Assembly (NCBI GenBank): GCA_965644265.1
Contig: OZ286472.1
Span: 51,584,001 to 51,648,000, forward strand
Length of the DNA: 64,000 bases
Origin: Glycera tridactyla
Lineage: Eukaryota
Direction of reading: 5' to 3'
Positions 1 to 10,855 of the stretch are shown here, piece by piece. The notes below the pieces were generated by a model. The model was not told the DNA's origin and did not search any database. It saw only the letters and a list, made by a program, of their open reading frames with translations. The first letter of the stretch is position 1. Every line of letters starts with the position of its first letter. A program made the translations under genes and the position numbers.

Positions 1-2559
1 AAACAACAACATACAAGATCAACTCAAATACAGTTTCCACTCAAGTACTGTTGAATCTGCCCAGGAGACCCTCTCTCAATTGAACACCACCTGCAAAACA
101 AATGCCAACCAGAACTGCAACCGTGATAGTAACTTCAACAGTGAAGGACCTTTCAATGAAGGCCACTTGCCTATAAAGGCCACACTTCTATGCGACCGAT
201 GGTGGCCTTTGTGGACATGTACGACACTCTTTCATCGTGACCGACTTAGCCTATATCAATCTCCAGCCGCAGGTGGAGATCTCAAACAGAGACTGCTGAA
301 AGGAGTCAGCGATATGGTTTGATTGGAAAGTGAGACAAGTTCAAATCTGGCGAATACTTCTTATGCTTAACCATCGATATCGGAACAAAGCAAGCGGACG
401 AGCTTTGTTGATATATCTGATGATCGAACTTATCAGATAGATGTGAGGAATTTCATTCCCAGTGTGGCATATGCGCTGATTCAATGCGGTTCCAACAATG
501 AGCACCATAAGCCCGGCTTTCGAATGGGACGACTAATCCAGCAGATTGAATCTTGGTTGAATTTTTACTAAGAATGTCAGTATGACCTCTTGTGTTGTTC
601 TCTGTACTTTATACTGGCCAGTCTATTGAATTATTTCATTTATAATTGCTGGCGAGTGTGATAGTCATGTCAAGTATTTTGAAAGGAAATGGTACCGCTG
701 GAATATCAATAAAGCGAGGACTGACAATGAGGCGTCAGGCTGGGAATTGACAAATCTAGTCTCAAATGTTCATCTATACAAAAAATGTTTCTTCAGTTGA
801 AGATTGCTGGAAAAAACTGATGTTACTCCCAGCGATCTACTACTCGAATCATGGCAGAGATGTCCACTTGGTCGGATGTTTTGTTTTGGGGAACAAAGCA
901 TTAGCAACACACCTCAAGGATGGATGTTGGCGTGAGCTGGAAGAGCATTTGAACACCTTCACTTCCAGAATGCTTGGATAACTTCACCTCCAGAATGATT
1001 GGGCTAATGACTAGTAGTTTCTGAAGAATTGGCTTGCAAACTCTCTCATGTCGTCATCATCGAATCTCTTCTGTACAAAATTGCCACCATTTGAGCACTG
1101 CCATGAACATTTAATCAATGTGAAATTATCTCTGTAGTACTTGTATATAGTCTGGTTTGTCGACAAAATTCTATCGATCAGGAATTTTTTTTAAATAGGC
1201 GATCAAAAACAATTTGATCCACGGATCATCTTGTTTTGGTTGCTGATCATCAAACAGCATACCTTTCTCAGAAATTGACATTGCTTATGCAATATAGTTC
1301 TCATATATTAGTATGGTCAGGGCCTCGTCAGGTCACATGGAGGGATCAATAAGTGAGATATGATCCATTCTATCCAACCCCTGTTTTACCATAGACGAAT
1401 CCAAATGCTTGTCCAATGAGAGAGTGTGTCAGTTCGAGGCAAAGCAGCTTCATTCTGAACATCGAATATATTTTCATATGTTGAAATACCGGTGTGGGAA
1501 AAAACCTCCAAAATGCGTCTTTGTACTCTTGTTGTGTTCATATACCTCTTGAAAGCACTGTGTCAAATCAATCAAAGTATGCATACCGAGAAGAAATCAC
1601 CCGCGAATGATTTGTATGCGAAACAACAGCGAGAATGAATGGAGATCGAATAGAATGACCCATATCCCACTCAGTGATCCTGCCATGTGAACCATGATCA
1701 TGAAAATATGAGGGGACTATCTTGTATGAGCTATTTTCAAGCTGTGTTGTTTGGTAATCAGCATCAGGAACGAGATAATAGGTGGATTTAATTGCGTTAA
1801 TGGTCTATTTGCTTGATTTCCATGATGGTGGGGCTTGTTCTGACACACCGGAATAGATGAGAGTGACAGAAAAATTCTCATCAATATTATGAACTCGACA
1901 GACGTTTACAATTTTGCGAGGAACAGCTCCAACAATGGTGGCATAAGAGAATTTGCAGGCGAATTCTCCGAACACCAATTACTGGCTTAGTGTTACACCT
2001 CATTGAGTGATAACTAAGACATGTCTTCCAATCATAGCTAAACAACACTGAGATGAACAGAACGTTCCGGGCTCGAATAGCACTTCTAGTCTTAAATGTA
2101 ACCAGTCACCATACACTACTGTCTACATCTTGTCACCGATCTTACAGATAACAGGCCCAAGTCACGGTGATGTGAAGGACCGTTACAAGCGTCAGAATGT
2201 CATTACCTATGTTCCAAACACACACGCCCGAATCGCTATCTCTAGATAATCCACTGCGACTCCTGATAAATAAAGCGTGGTCCACTCCATCTCAGGTCGA
2301 AATCGGAATTGGATGACCGATACTCGGTCAGGTTGTACCCCACTCATCAGATTGAAAAGGTCATGTTTTGGACATTGTCCAAACAGAAACTGGAGTCACG
2401 AAAACCATGAACACAAGAAGGCCACGCTACTAGTGACGTCACTATGAACCACAGGTGTTCAGACATGATTAATGTCCGAATAATTATGGAAACAATACGG
2501 AGGTCCGATACCTATGGCATCTGAACTCCATCAGCACTGCGATTTTGAGAAAAGTGGAG

Positions 2560-2740
2560 AAATGAAATGTTGAGGTTTTAAGTCCATTTTCTGCACTTGA
2601 GTAGGCTAAATCAGACCACCTGCCAAGGAGGAGCGAAGATGAAGGGTGAAACATTCCTGCATGGTAGGACCGGGGATTGAACCCCAGACCCATTGGATGC
2701 CGACCCAGCACGCTACCACTGAGGCCACCAAGGCAAGCCC
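2560..2740 (-). mobile_element. tRNA-derived SINE, family A, full-length copy
   Basis: The reverse strand has a Pol III A box (TGGCCTCAGTGG) and B box (GGTTCAATCCC), followed by a body and a CATTTC-like tail. It is homologous to 36890-37073 and 29130-29215. Confidence 0.8.
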
Positions 2741-3459
2741 CAAGAAAGGTGGGGGAATAAATTAGATGAAGATGGGGTCCGATATTGAGGGTGTATATAG
2801 GTTTATCCGAAAGTAAGCCGCATGATCCTGTTATGTAAATAGACATGATAGAGAGTTATCCATCACACGATGGGGAATGATAGATATGGAAATCATCACC
2901 AGTGGCTGGAGAAAACCCCCAACTGACGTTGTGTCTTATGGCAAACATTGTTCGGTATACGAAGACTGATATCAAAAGATCGACAGCAATGCGTTCTAGA
3001 AATAAGATAAGCAATCTAATTCAATATTGGAAGGTCGAGTCACTTTGGAAAATCTCAGTATTTGATAATTAGTTACTTCGACAGATTCATAACTCCATCT
3101 TCAATCACGTATCCCAACTTGAACTTGAATGCACTATAGTAACAAATTGTGGATTTCTCCCTACTCAAAAGTGTACGAATTTAGCAGAGGGACATTTGAA
3201 GTGGTTGGAAAATACTCGTCCTCTCAATCAGAGCCACAGTGATTTGTGTATTCCCACCTCTCAACGAAGGATGCAATACATGGAAACGTCAAGATTGTTT
3301 AAAATGTTCATCTTTTTTCGTAATTTGATCTACTCTTGTGATTTCATGAATAAAACTTTACAGAGTAATATTGAGGAGAAGGTTGATTCAGAGGTCAAAA
3401 TATCCATCTGTATTCCGGAGAAGTGTATCATTTATGTTTGTGATATGAAGTAAACTTAC

Positions 3460-3600
3460 AGCAACAAGACAGATGATGACGAGGATGGCCATGATTAAGC
3501 CGGTAACCTTGGAGACGTGACATCCTGATTTCTCTTCAGGGTAAGAACCAGGTGCCAATTCTACCTTGCTGCCAGCGAAAGATGCACTTCCACCCGGCAT
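3460..3600 (-). CDS. First coding exon of a type II membrane protein, resembling M1 aminopeptidase (aminopeptidase N/A-like) N-terminus
   Basis: Translation is MPGGSASFAGSKVELAPGSYPEEKSGCHVSKVTGLIMAILVIICLVA: a short cytoplasmic tail, a 'GCxVSK' motif, then a hydrophobic anchor. There is an in-frame stop upstream of the ATG and a GTAAGT donor right after codon 47 (phase 0). Without splicing the frame stops about 23 codons later. The family call is by resemblance only; no catalytic motif is present in the window. Confidence 0.55.
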
Positions 3601-3949
3601 CTTGATACAGCTGCTGTGGAAGATGCTCTACTGATGCTTGGTTGCCTTCCTCTGAATGTCCTGTACAACTGTCCCGTACCACCCTCCTGCCTCAACATGC
3701 AGCTGATAGTGGACCTCAGTAGGGCCTCCTCCGATAACGTACAGTGTCAGCTGATTAGAAGAGCCCTTCGACCCCTCTATGAAGTCAGCTACTCGGCTTC
3801 ATCAACGTGTTTTACTAGAGTCATCCTCATATCTCTAGTGAGTTGAGTAATCCTGACGTCAAACGGATAGATTGCTTGATTGATTGATCAATCAATTGAA
3901 TGGTGTTGGTTGGTTGGTCAAAATCAAACGTCATGTAATCTCCATTTGC

Positions 3950-4180
3950 GCTTATATTGTGACGCCCAAGCAATGAGCATGGGTTGAACCGTTCAAAACT
4001 GCTACTTCGTGGTCCTCACAGACACGCAAGGTGTTGTTTTTGTTATCAAAATATTGACCACGGTGTTACCCTGTGATGATGAGATTGATTCACATGGTTT
4101 CCACCAGGTCACTGATTTTGGCAACCGTGCTACGCAGTGAACATGGGATCAACTCACTGGGCTTCCACCTGGCCGGCGCA
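3950..4180. repeat. Diverged interspersed repeat, homologous to 15268-15510
   Basis: Colinear shared blocks such as TTGACCAC(G/A)GTGTTACCCTGTGA, GATTGAT(T/C)CACATGGT and GGATCA(A/G)CTCACT. Confidence 0.6.
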
Positions 4181-5005
4181 TTGAATGATTGACGAACTGG
4201 AGCAAGAACAGGCTGACTCAAAGACGTTTGATAAACACAGGAGTATTTGAGAACATGGTGATGTCAAAGTTGATGACTCATGTCTCAACGAGAATGAATT
4301 TATGCTGTCTCTCGCGATTTTGTTGTTCCCTAAAATCGTTAGACCAACAGTTCCTCATCCTGACGAATCACACCGATACACCAGACGAATCAGAGACTAC
4401 TCATCACTCTGGAGAGGGATGTCTGTACCCACACATATGTTTCCCAGTTATTTCTAGGTACTGAACATAACCTCAACTAATCTAGAGGAATAGTTCGTCA
4501 AAATATATTGGTCATACCCGTCTTATCATCATCATATTATTGCTATTGAATTATATCATTATTGTTAAGAAATATATTGTTCAGTATTGATAATCATATC
4601 ACCATGTCCAAGCCAGTCATTAATCCTTGTATATGAAGTCTGTTTGAGTGGGAGTTAACTTTATTTTATAAGATGACGTGGTAGTCTACCCTCGTGAAAG
4701 ATGCATTCAAGAAAGGGAAGAGAATGCATATGTCAGCACATCTCTTCTCGCGTCTGGATAATTTCGAATCTGTGAATCATCTGCATCCTTGGAAATCAAT
4801 CGGATAATTGGTCACTGAATTTATTGATCGATTGATTGCATACATTGCAGCATAAGGTCTATGGTGGTATCTATTGGTATATGATATTAGGAAATATGAT
4901 GCTATGAGGAGTCGTTGAGGCGACAGTGGTGGATTCGGCGACGACGACGAAGGCGATAAAATGTGGACGTTAATGCAGTGGTTCAGAGTCTGGTATCCTC
5001 AGCAA

Positions 5006-7121
5006 TAGGGTGGTCCAAAAATGCAGAAAAATCACTTATTTCTCTGGATATTGATGCTCTCCTCGATTATTGTTAGAAATGGTCTAAAACATTCACCCAC
5101 CAAATATTTTTGCTCAATTCCATCTATAAACTCATACACGCCTTACTTGAAATATGGCGTTTTTTACCAAATTTTGCTATTTTCAGTGAATATTGACAAA
5201 AGTCAAAATCATGTGACACAAATGTAGTCATCACACATTTCACATAATGTGATTAGATGTGGCACAGGCATCGAGTAAATTATCTATTCTGAAGTATTTC
5301 GTCTAATATCTTGATAGAAGATATGAGAACACTTCGGCAAGATATGGCATTTTAAGTTCCAGACCTATGTTGTTGTGAATACATGTGATTACATGAAGAC
5401 AGGATATTAGAGTCAATATGATCGAGTTTGGTTCATGATGCTCACTTTCGAGTCTATGAACAAAATCAAACAGCTGAAATGCATGGTTTCAATGTCATTG
5501 ACAAACTTGGTCAGCCTACATATGAATCATTATTCATCAAACTTGGTACCAGTGAACGGCGATCATCATCAATGAGAATCAGATTATCCACCACCCTAAA
5601 AACATTGCCAGGGACACAAATGTAGTCCAAGACATCTTTGCTGTTCCTCTCAGCAAAGTCATGACCAGCACCATAGTATGAGCTAACCTACACATAAAGT
5701 GGCAATCTGGGTCATTTTGCCATTCTTGGGGTCTGTCGCTAACCATGCAGTAACTTGCTGGATGGGATGGAAGAATTAACAGCTCCTCTCTGTGATGAAC
5801 TTTTTGCTGACAATCATGCAGGAATATAATAGCAATATATGGCACTGCAGATTATGGTGCTGGCTGCAAGAGAAAAACTCAGATCTGCTGGCCATCTGGA
5901 GAGATTTGTTGGCCATCTGGAGTTCATTTGTTGATTAATGTACAATTGCTACTGTGGTCATCATCACCACATCAATGTCCACATGCAAGTGTCAGAGATG
6001 AAACAAAGTGAAGTCAGTTGCTCAATAACTCAAACTCAACTTTTCTGAACACTCCACTTCTATAGGAGAGTGGTGAAGTACCTCTGTTGAAAAACTCATG
6101 ATATGAGGCCATGCGTTTGTCTGCTAAACCAGCTCAAACCACTGTGCACCACTGTTGGAGCAGACCAACAAATAGGAAACAGCCACCATGACACCCACAA
6201 TTCTGGAGGCCTGGAATATAGGGACTCACAGCCTGTATGCTTCTGCGATTTGGGACACTGCAGCTGTCAACACTGGTGTAGACCATGTAGCATGTGTAAC
6301 ATATAGAATGACAGAATGGCACTGCACTTATCGGATGTACATGTCACATCACATGGCTGGAATACAGTTGGCACATGCAGATACTTTGCAGAAGCATATG
6401 CATCTGGATGCCCTTCCAGCCTGCTGTGGATCAGTGCACTTGGTTCCTGTGGTTCTGGGTGCGGAGAATGCTGTGATATTTTTTGGCCGAGAAGACCCAT
6501 GACTGGGACTTGAGCATATGGAAAATGCTGTCTAGGAGCATGATGACTATATAAACCCAGCAAGAATTGATTGTCCATGTGTTGTTTAGGGGTGATCCAC
6601 CACGCAAGGCTTATGGCAAAAGCCACCACATTGCTGAAGTTGGCACTACTTTCTGATAAGTATCAGGGCAATTTTACTGCTTGATATTGGATTCCTTGGT
6701 GAGGTTTTGAGCCGTAGGCCTATCAACGAAGTGCTTGATATATCAGTGAAGTAATTGTTCCTTAACCACATATGGTACATATGCCCTGAGCTGGTGGGTG
6801 GTGCTTGCATCCTCAGACACAGATGTCTCAAACCAAGAGAGAGCTGCCATTGCTTGGACTCTTTTTATGTCCAATTAGGTTACCAACAGTTTCCATTTGA
6901 TAAACCTATTTGAAGGAGATGATTCCCAAGTTGGCAGCTTCACTGCGTGGCCATGTGGGTGTCCCATGCCTATCAGAGCTCATCATTTCAAGTGAAGCGT
7001 GTATGAGTTTATAGATGGAATTGAGCAGAAATATTTGGTGGGTGAACGTTTTAGACCATTTCTAACAATAATTGAGGAGAGCATCGAAATCGGAGAGATT
7101 GATGTTTTTTGGACCACCCTA
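5006..7121 (+). mobile_element. hAT-superfamily DNA transposon (hATm-like), degenerate
   Basis: Termini are TAGGGTGGTCCAAAAA / TTTTTGGACCACCCTA with about 150-bp imperfect inverted repeats. There is an exact 8-bp TSD CTCAGCAA at 4998-5005 and 7122-7129, and internal transposase motifs. Confidence 0.9.
6150..6680 (+). pseudogene. Decayed hATm-type transposase
   Basis: Frameshifted fragments are LEAWN..IWDTAAVNTGVDHVAC (cf. FDTTASNTG..GAC), GCTCHI..E (cf. ACRHH..E), DDY..QELIVHVLFRGDP and HHARLMAKATTLLKLALL at 6598-6651 (cf. HHARWMAKAIY.LK). Confidence 0.8.
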
Positions 7122-7949
7122 CTCAGCAAGTTCACTCGACTTAACAGTTGCATTCCTTAGCAGGCCTTTCAAAACTTGAGCCTTTCACATCTCCCTGGAG
7201 ACTATACAACCACAGACACAGGATTACTACATAGGCACTCTTCGTAGCACTATTCAATCATCATCACTGCCTGTATGTCGAGTACATATTCACACCTGGG
7301 TGAAGTGAAGTGGTGGACTGCAGGGGTTCCACTCAATTACCTCTACAAAGAAATGCCTCCATAGTGTGGTATGGAATGGTGAGCATTGTCCATGTTGGTC
7401 ATGCATCTAAGAAGGAACCCTGCTCACTGTAGTAAACATTGCTGCTCAGCTGAGAACCGGAATGTCTGCCAATAACGGTGAAACATCTTTGTTACTTTAG
7501 CGGTTTTGCGGTGTCTGAACCTGATCCAGGAATCTCGTCAACATGCTGGTGGTAGTGGTGGAGGTGGGAACCGCTTGTGGCGGGTCATCACGCAGGTTTG
7601 CAATATCTTTGTCGTAGTCGACGTCACCGTGTTGTTGTTGTTGTTATTGTTGTCGTTGTTATTGCTATCATTGTTGTTGCCACTGGTGGTTGATTGATTG
7701 ATCGATTTTGTTTAGCGTCCTTTCAACACCAGTGGGTCATATCAGACTGACTATTACAAAAAGAAACAATGAAAAATGTAAATGCTGAAGAAAGGAGCAC
7801 TGTGCCGGGGACACTCCCAATCTCTTCAAATATCAATAGTGGATGGGCACAGATACTTACACACACGGCCGGCCTATGATTCCCAGTCGGCATGCACTGG
7901 GCAGCCGCTGGTAGTGTTCTCGATGTTTTTTTTTTCAAATGATGATCTG

Positions 7950-9195
7950 CAGGTGAAGGCTGCTGGATAACAATTGCTTACCAGACAGGGTGAGGTCACG
8001 GAGGCTGCCATCTACGATTCAATCCACCTGAACTGCTGTGAAAATGACAACACAGTCACTAGTTTGGTACCTCACATTACCCAACGTCGACTGACAGCTC
8101 TGACTGTCACAAAACAGCATTTGCCAACATTCGTCCATATTCGGGCTTTCTGCAAGTTAGAAGTTGTTATTTTGAGCTATATCCAGCATATGGTCAATAT
8201 AGTCAAGAATTGAATTGGCAGATGTTTGGAGGCAAGCAAGGTGGTCAGTGATTAGATTTTATGATATGTACAGGAGAAACCTTCTGGAGATGTTCTGATT
8301 GATTGGCTGGTGACGGAATGACGCGTTTTGTGTCAATTTCAAAACAGGAGAGTACCTCAAGTCGGAGGTTAGAAAAACAACGAGGATGGTGTCAATTTCG
8401 AAACAGGAGAGTACCTCAAGTCGGAGTTTAGAAAAACAACGAGGATGGTGTCAATTTCAAAACAGGAGAGTACCTCAAGTCGGAGGTTAGAAAAACAACG
8501 AGGATGGTGTCAATTCCAAAACAGGAGAGTACCTCGAGTCGGAGGTTAGAAAAACAACGAGGATGGTGTCAACTTCAAAACAGGAGAGTACCTCAAGTTG
8601 GAGGTTAGAAAAACAACGAGGATGTTGTCAATTCCAAAACAGGAGAGTGACTCAAGTCGGAGCTTAGAAAAACAACGAGGATGGTGTCAATTTCAAAACA
8701 GGAGAGTACCTCAAGTCGGAGGTTAGAAAAACAACGAGGATGGTGTCAATTTCAAAACAGGAGAGTACCTCAAGTCGGAGGTTAGAAAAACAACGAGGAT
8801 GGTGTCAACTTCAAAACAGGAGAGTACCTCAAGTCGGAGGTTAGAAAAACAACGAGGATGGTGTCAATTTCAAAACAGGAGAGTACCTCAAGTCGGAGGT
8901 TAGAAAAACAACGAGGATGGTGTCAATTTCAAAGCAGGGGGCTACTTCAAATGAAAGGCAAGGAAAGCAACAAGATTTGTGTCAATTTCAAAGTGGTGCA
9001 ACCCTACTGCCCAGCATTCCTACTTCTAACAGAGTCCATTACCTTGGAGAATTTGACATGAGAAGTGTCTGATAGATTCCCTCGAAAATGGTTTAAATAG
9101 TTTGGGCTGACCATAATCAGCTTAGCCTTACTGATTTACTCTTGTCAGCATGTGTATAGCCACGATTTTCGACGTAGCTTGCTGCTTTCTTGTTC
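7950..9195 (+). repeat. Unclassified interspersed repeat with an internal minisatellite expansion; homologous to 61042-61745
   Basis: Colinear similarity with the 61-kb copy on both sides of the array (GAAGGCTGCTGG..CAATTG.TTACC, GGTACCTCACATTA, GGAGGCAAG, TGTATAGCCAC.ATTTT). Confidence 0.8.
8330..8935 (+). repeat. 59-bp minisatellite, about 10 copies
   Basis: Unit GGTGTCAATTTCAAAACAGGAGAGTACCTCAAGTCGGAGGTTAGAAAAACAACGAGGAT, head-to-tail, with 0-3 substitutions per unit and no spacers. Confidence 0.97.
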
Positions 9196-9739
9196 TCGTT
9201 GCGGTGGTGGTCATCTCTTTGGTTGAGGTGAGGATATCCATTTCAACCGAGAGAAGGGCGCGGGTCTGTTGGCCAATCAGTCATGGTTTTCATCAACAGT
9301 CTTGGACACCCGTGGAGCGACATCTCGCGGATGTTGGGAGAGACTTTGATTTGTCTGGTGGCCGCATTTCGTGAGCGCCCTTCCGTATCGCCGCAGAATA
9401 CCTGTGTGTGTTGCAACTCAAATATCTCTGCCTGTGTATCGGATAGAATGGAGATCCTCGCGTAAGATGTCACCAACTCGAACCGGATATATGAATTCAC
9501 ATATTCCATTCACACGAGTCGGAAATCGCACTGAACAGAGATGAGTTTGAAGGGTGGTGTAGGTGTTAATGGCAGCGAAGATGGTGGACTAATCGTAGCG
9601 GATCTGGCGGTGACAGTAGTATTCTGAATCATTTCAGATGCTGATGGCGATGATGGTGTCCGTCGTGGTGTTTGTAAGTGTGGTGAAGTTTTGCTCCTTA
9701 GTGATGTGAAGGTGGCGGTGGTAGTCAAGATGGTGAGGG

Positions 9740-10850
9740 TGTTTGTGGTATTAAGAATGGTGGTGATGGTGTTGACGGCGATGACGATGACGGTGGTGCT
9801 GGCGATGATAATAATGTTTGGAATAGAAGTGGCGTATACTGTGATTTCTATTGTAGTGGTGGTGTAGGCATTGTCGTTGTTGTTGCTGTTGTTGTTGTAG
9901 TCGATGTTGTAGTTGTTGGTGGTGGTGATGGTGGTGGTGGCAGTGGTGGTATTGGTGGTTTTGGATGATGATTGTGGTGGTCAGTTGAGCGAATGAGATG
10001 AACTCAGACGTCGATAGAAATCATGCATACCTGTCCCACTCGACTACTCGGGCCCGTATCTGGAATAATTCTAAACTCGGATTAATTGATTGATTCAGTA
10101 TAGTTTTTCGGCGTCCCAGTCCTCACGATAACCTTATGTCATGTCTTTTCAGATCTAGGAGTGGGGATTGCCTCGTTTCCTTCAAGCATCCACTATATCT
10201 CATAGAATCGAAATAATGGTGATGAGAAATCATGAATGATGTGGAGACGTGGAAATTATATTGTTGAACGCACCAAGGAGGTGCGCACGATGGAGATGGA
10301 CGAAGGTTACAGCAATAGGTATAGTCGTCAGCGTCAGTGGGAGTGGCGGCGGCGGCGGCGGCTGTAGTGATTGTAATAGTAGCAGCGGCAGAGTGGTTGT
10401 GGTGGTGGCGATAATGATATTGGTGATGGTGGTGGTGGTGGTGGTGATGGTAATGGTGGTGGTGATGATGATGGCGGTGGCGGTGGGGGTGGTGGTGGTG
10501 GTGGTGTAGGGAGGAGGTATACTGGCGGTAGGGTTGATGGTGGTGGGGGTGATATAGGTGGTGGTGATGGTGGTGGTGGCGGTGGCGGCGGCGGTGGTGG
10601 TGGTGGTGGTGGCTGGAGGAGGTACACTGGTGGTGATGGCGGTAGGGTTGATGGTGGTGGGGGTGATATTGTGGTNNNNNNNNNNNNNNNNNNNNNNNNN
10701 NNNNNNNNNNNNNNNNNNNNNNNNNNNNNNNNNNNNNNNNNNNNNNNNNNNNNNNNNNNNNNNNNNNNNNNNNNNNNNNNNNNNNNNNNNNNNNNNNNNN
10801 NNNNNNNNNNNNNNNNNGGTGGAAAGGACGACGACGATCATGACGACGAC
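9740..10850. repeat. Degenerate (GGT/GTT/GAT)n trinucleotide low-complexity region containing an assembly gap
   Basis: Visible GGT/GTT/GGC runs; N-run at 10676-10817. Confidence 0.9.
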
Positions 10851-10855
10851 CATAA

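Larger units (their letters stand above)
4960..7470 (-). mobile_element. SINE family B (CORE-like central domain) split by the hAT insertion; pieces 4960-5005 and 7122-7470
   Basis: The reverse complement of 7122-7470 aligns with 29045-29440 (CACCCAGGTGTGAAT, GTGGTTGTATAxTCxCCAGGGAG). The missing 3' end (GAGGAxACCAGACTCTxAACCACT) is found on the other side of the hAT element. Confidence 0.75.

Noticed and set aside
2660-2740. tRNA gene (also 37000-37073)
   Set aside because: A and B boxes are present, but there is no clean cloverleaf or T-run terminator, and the sequence continues into a shared SINE body and tail.
8330-8935. CRISPR-like array
   Set aside because: Units are contiguous tandem copies with no unique spacers; context is eukaryotic and there are no cas genes.
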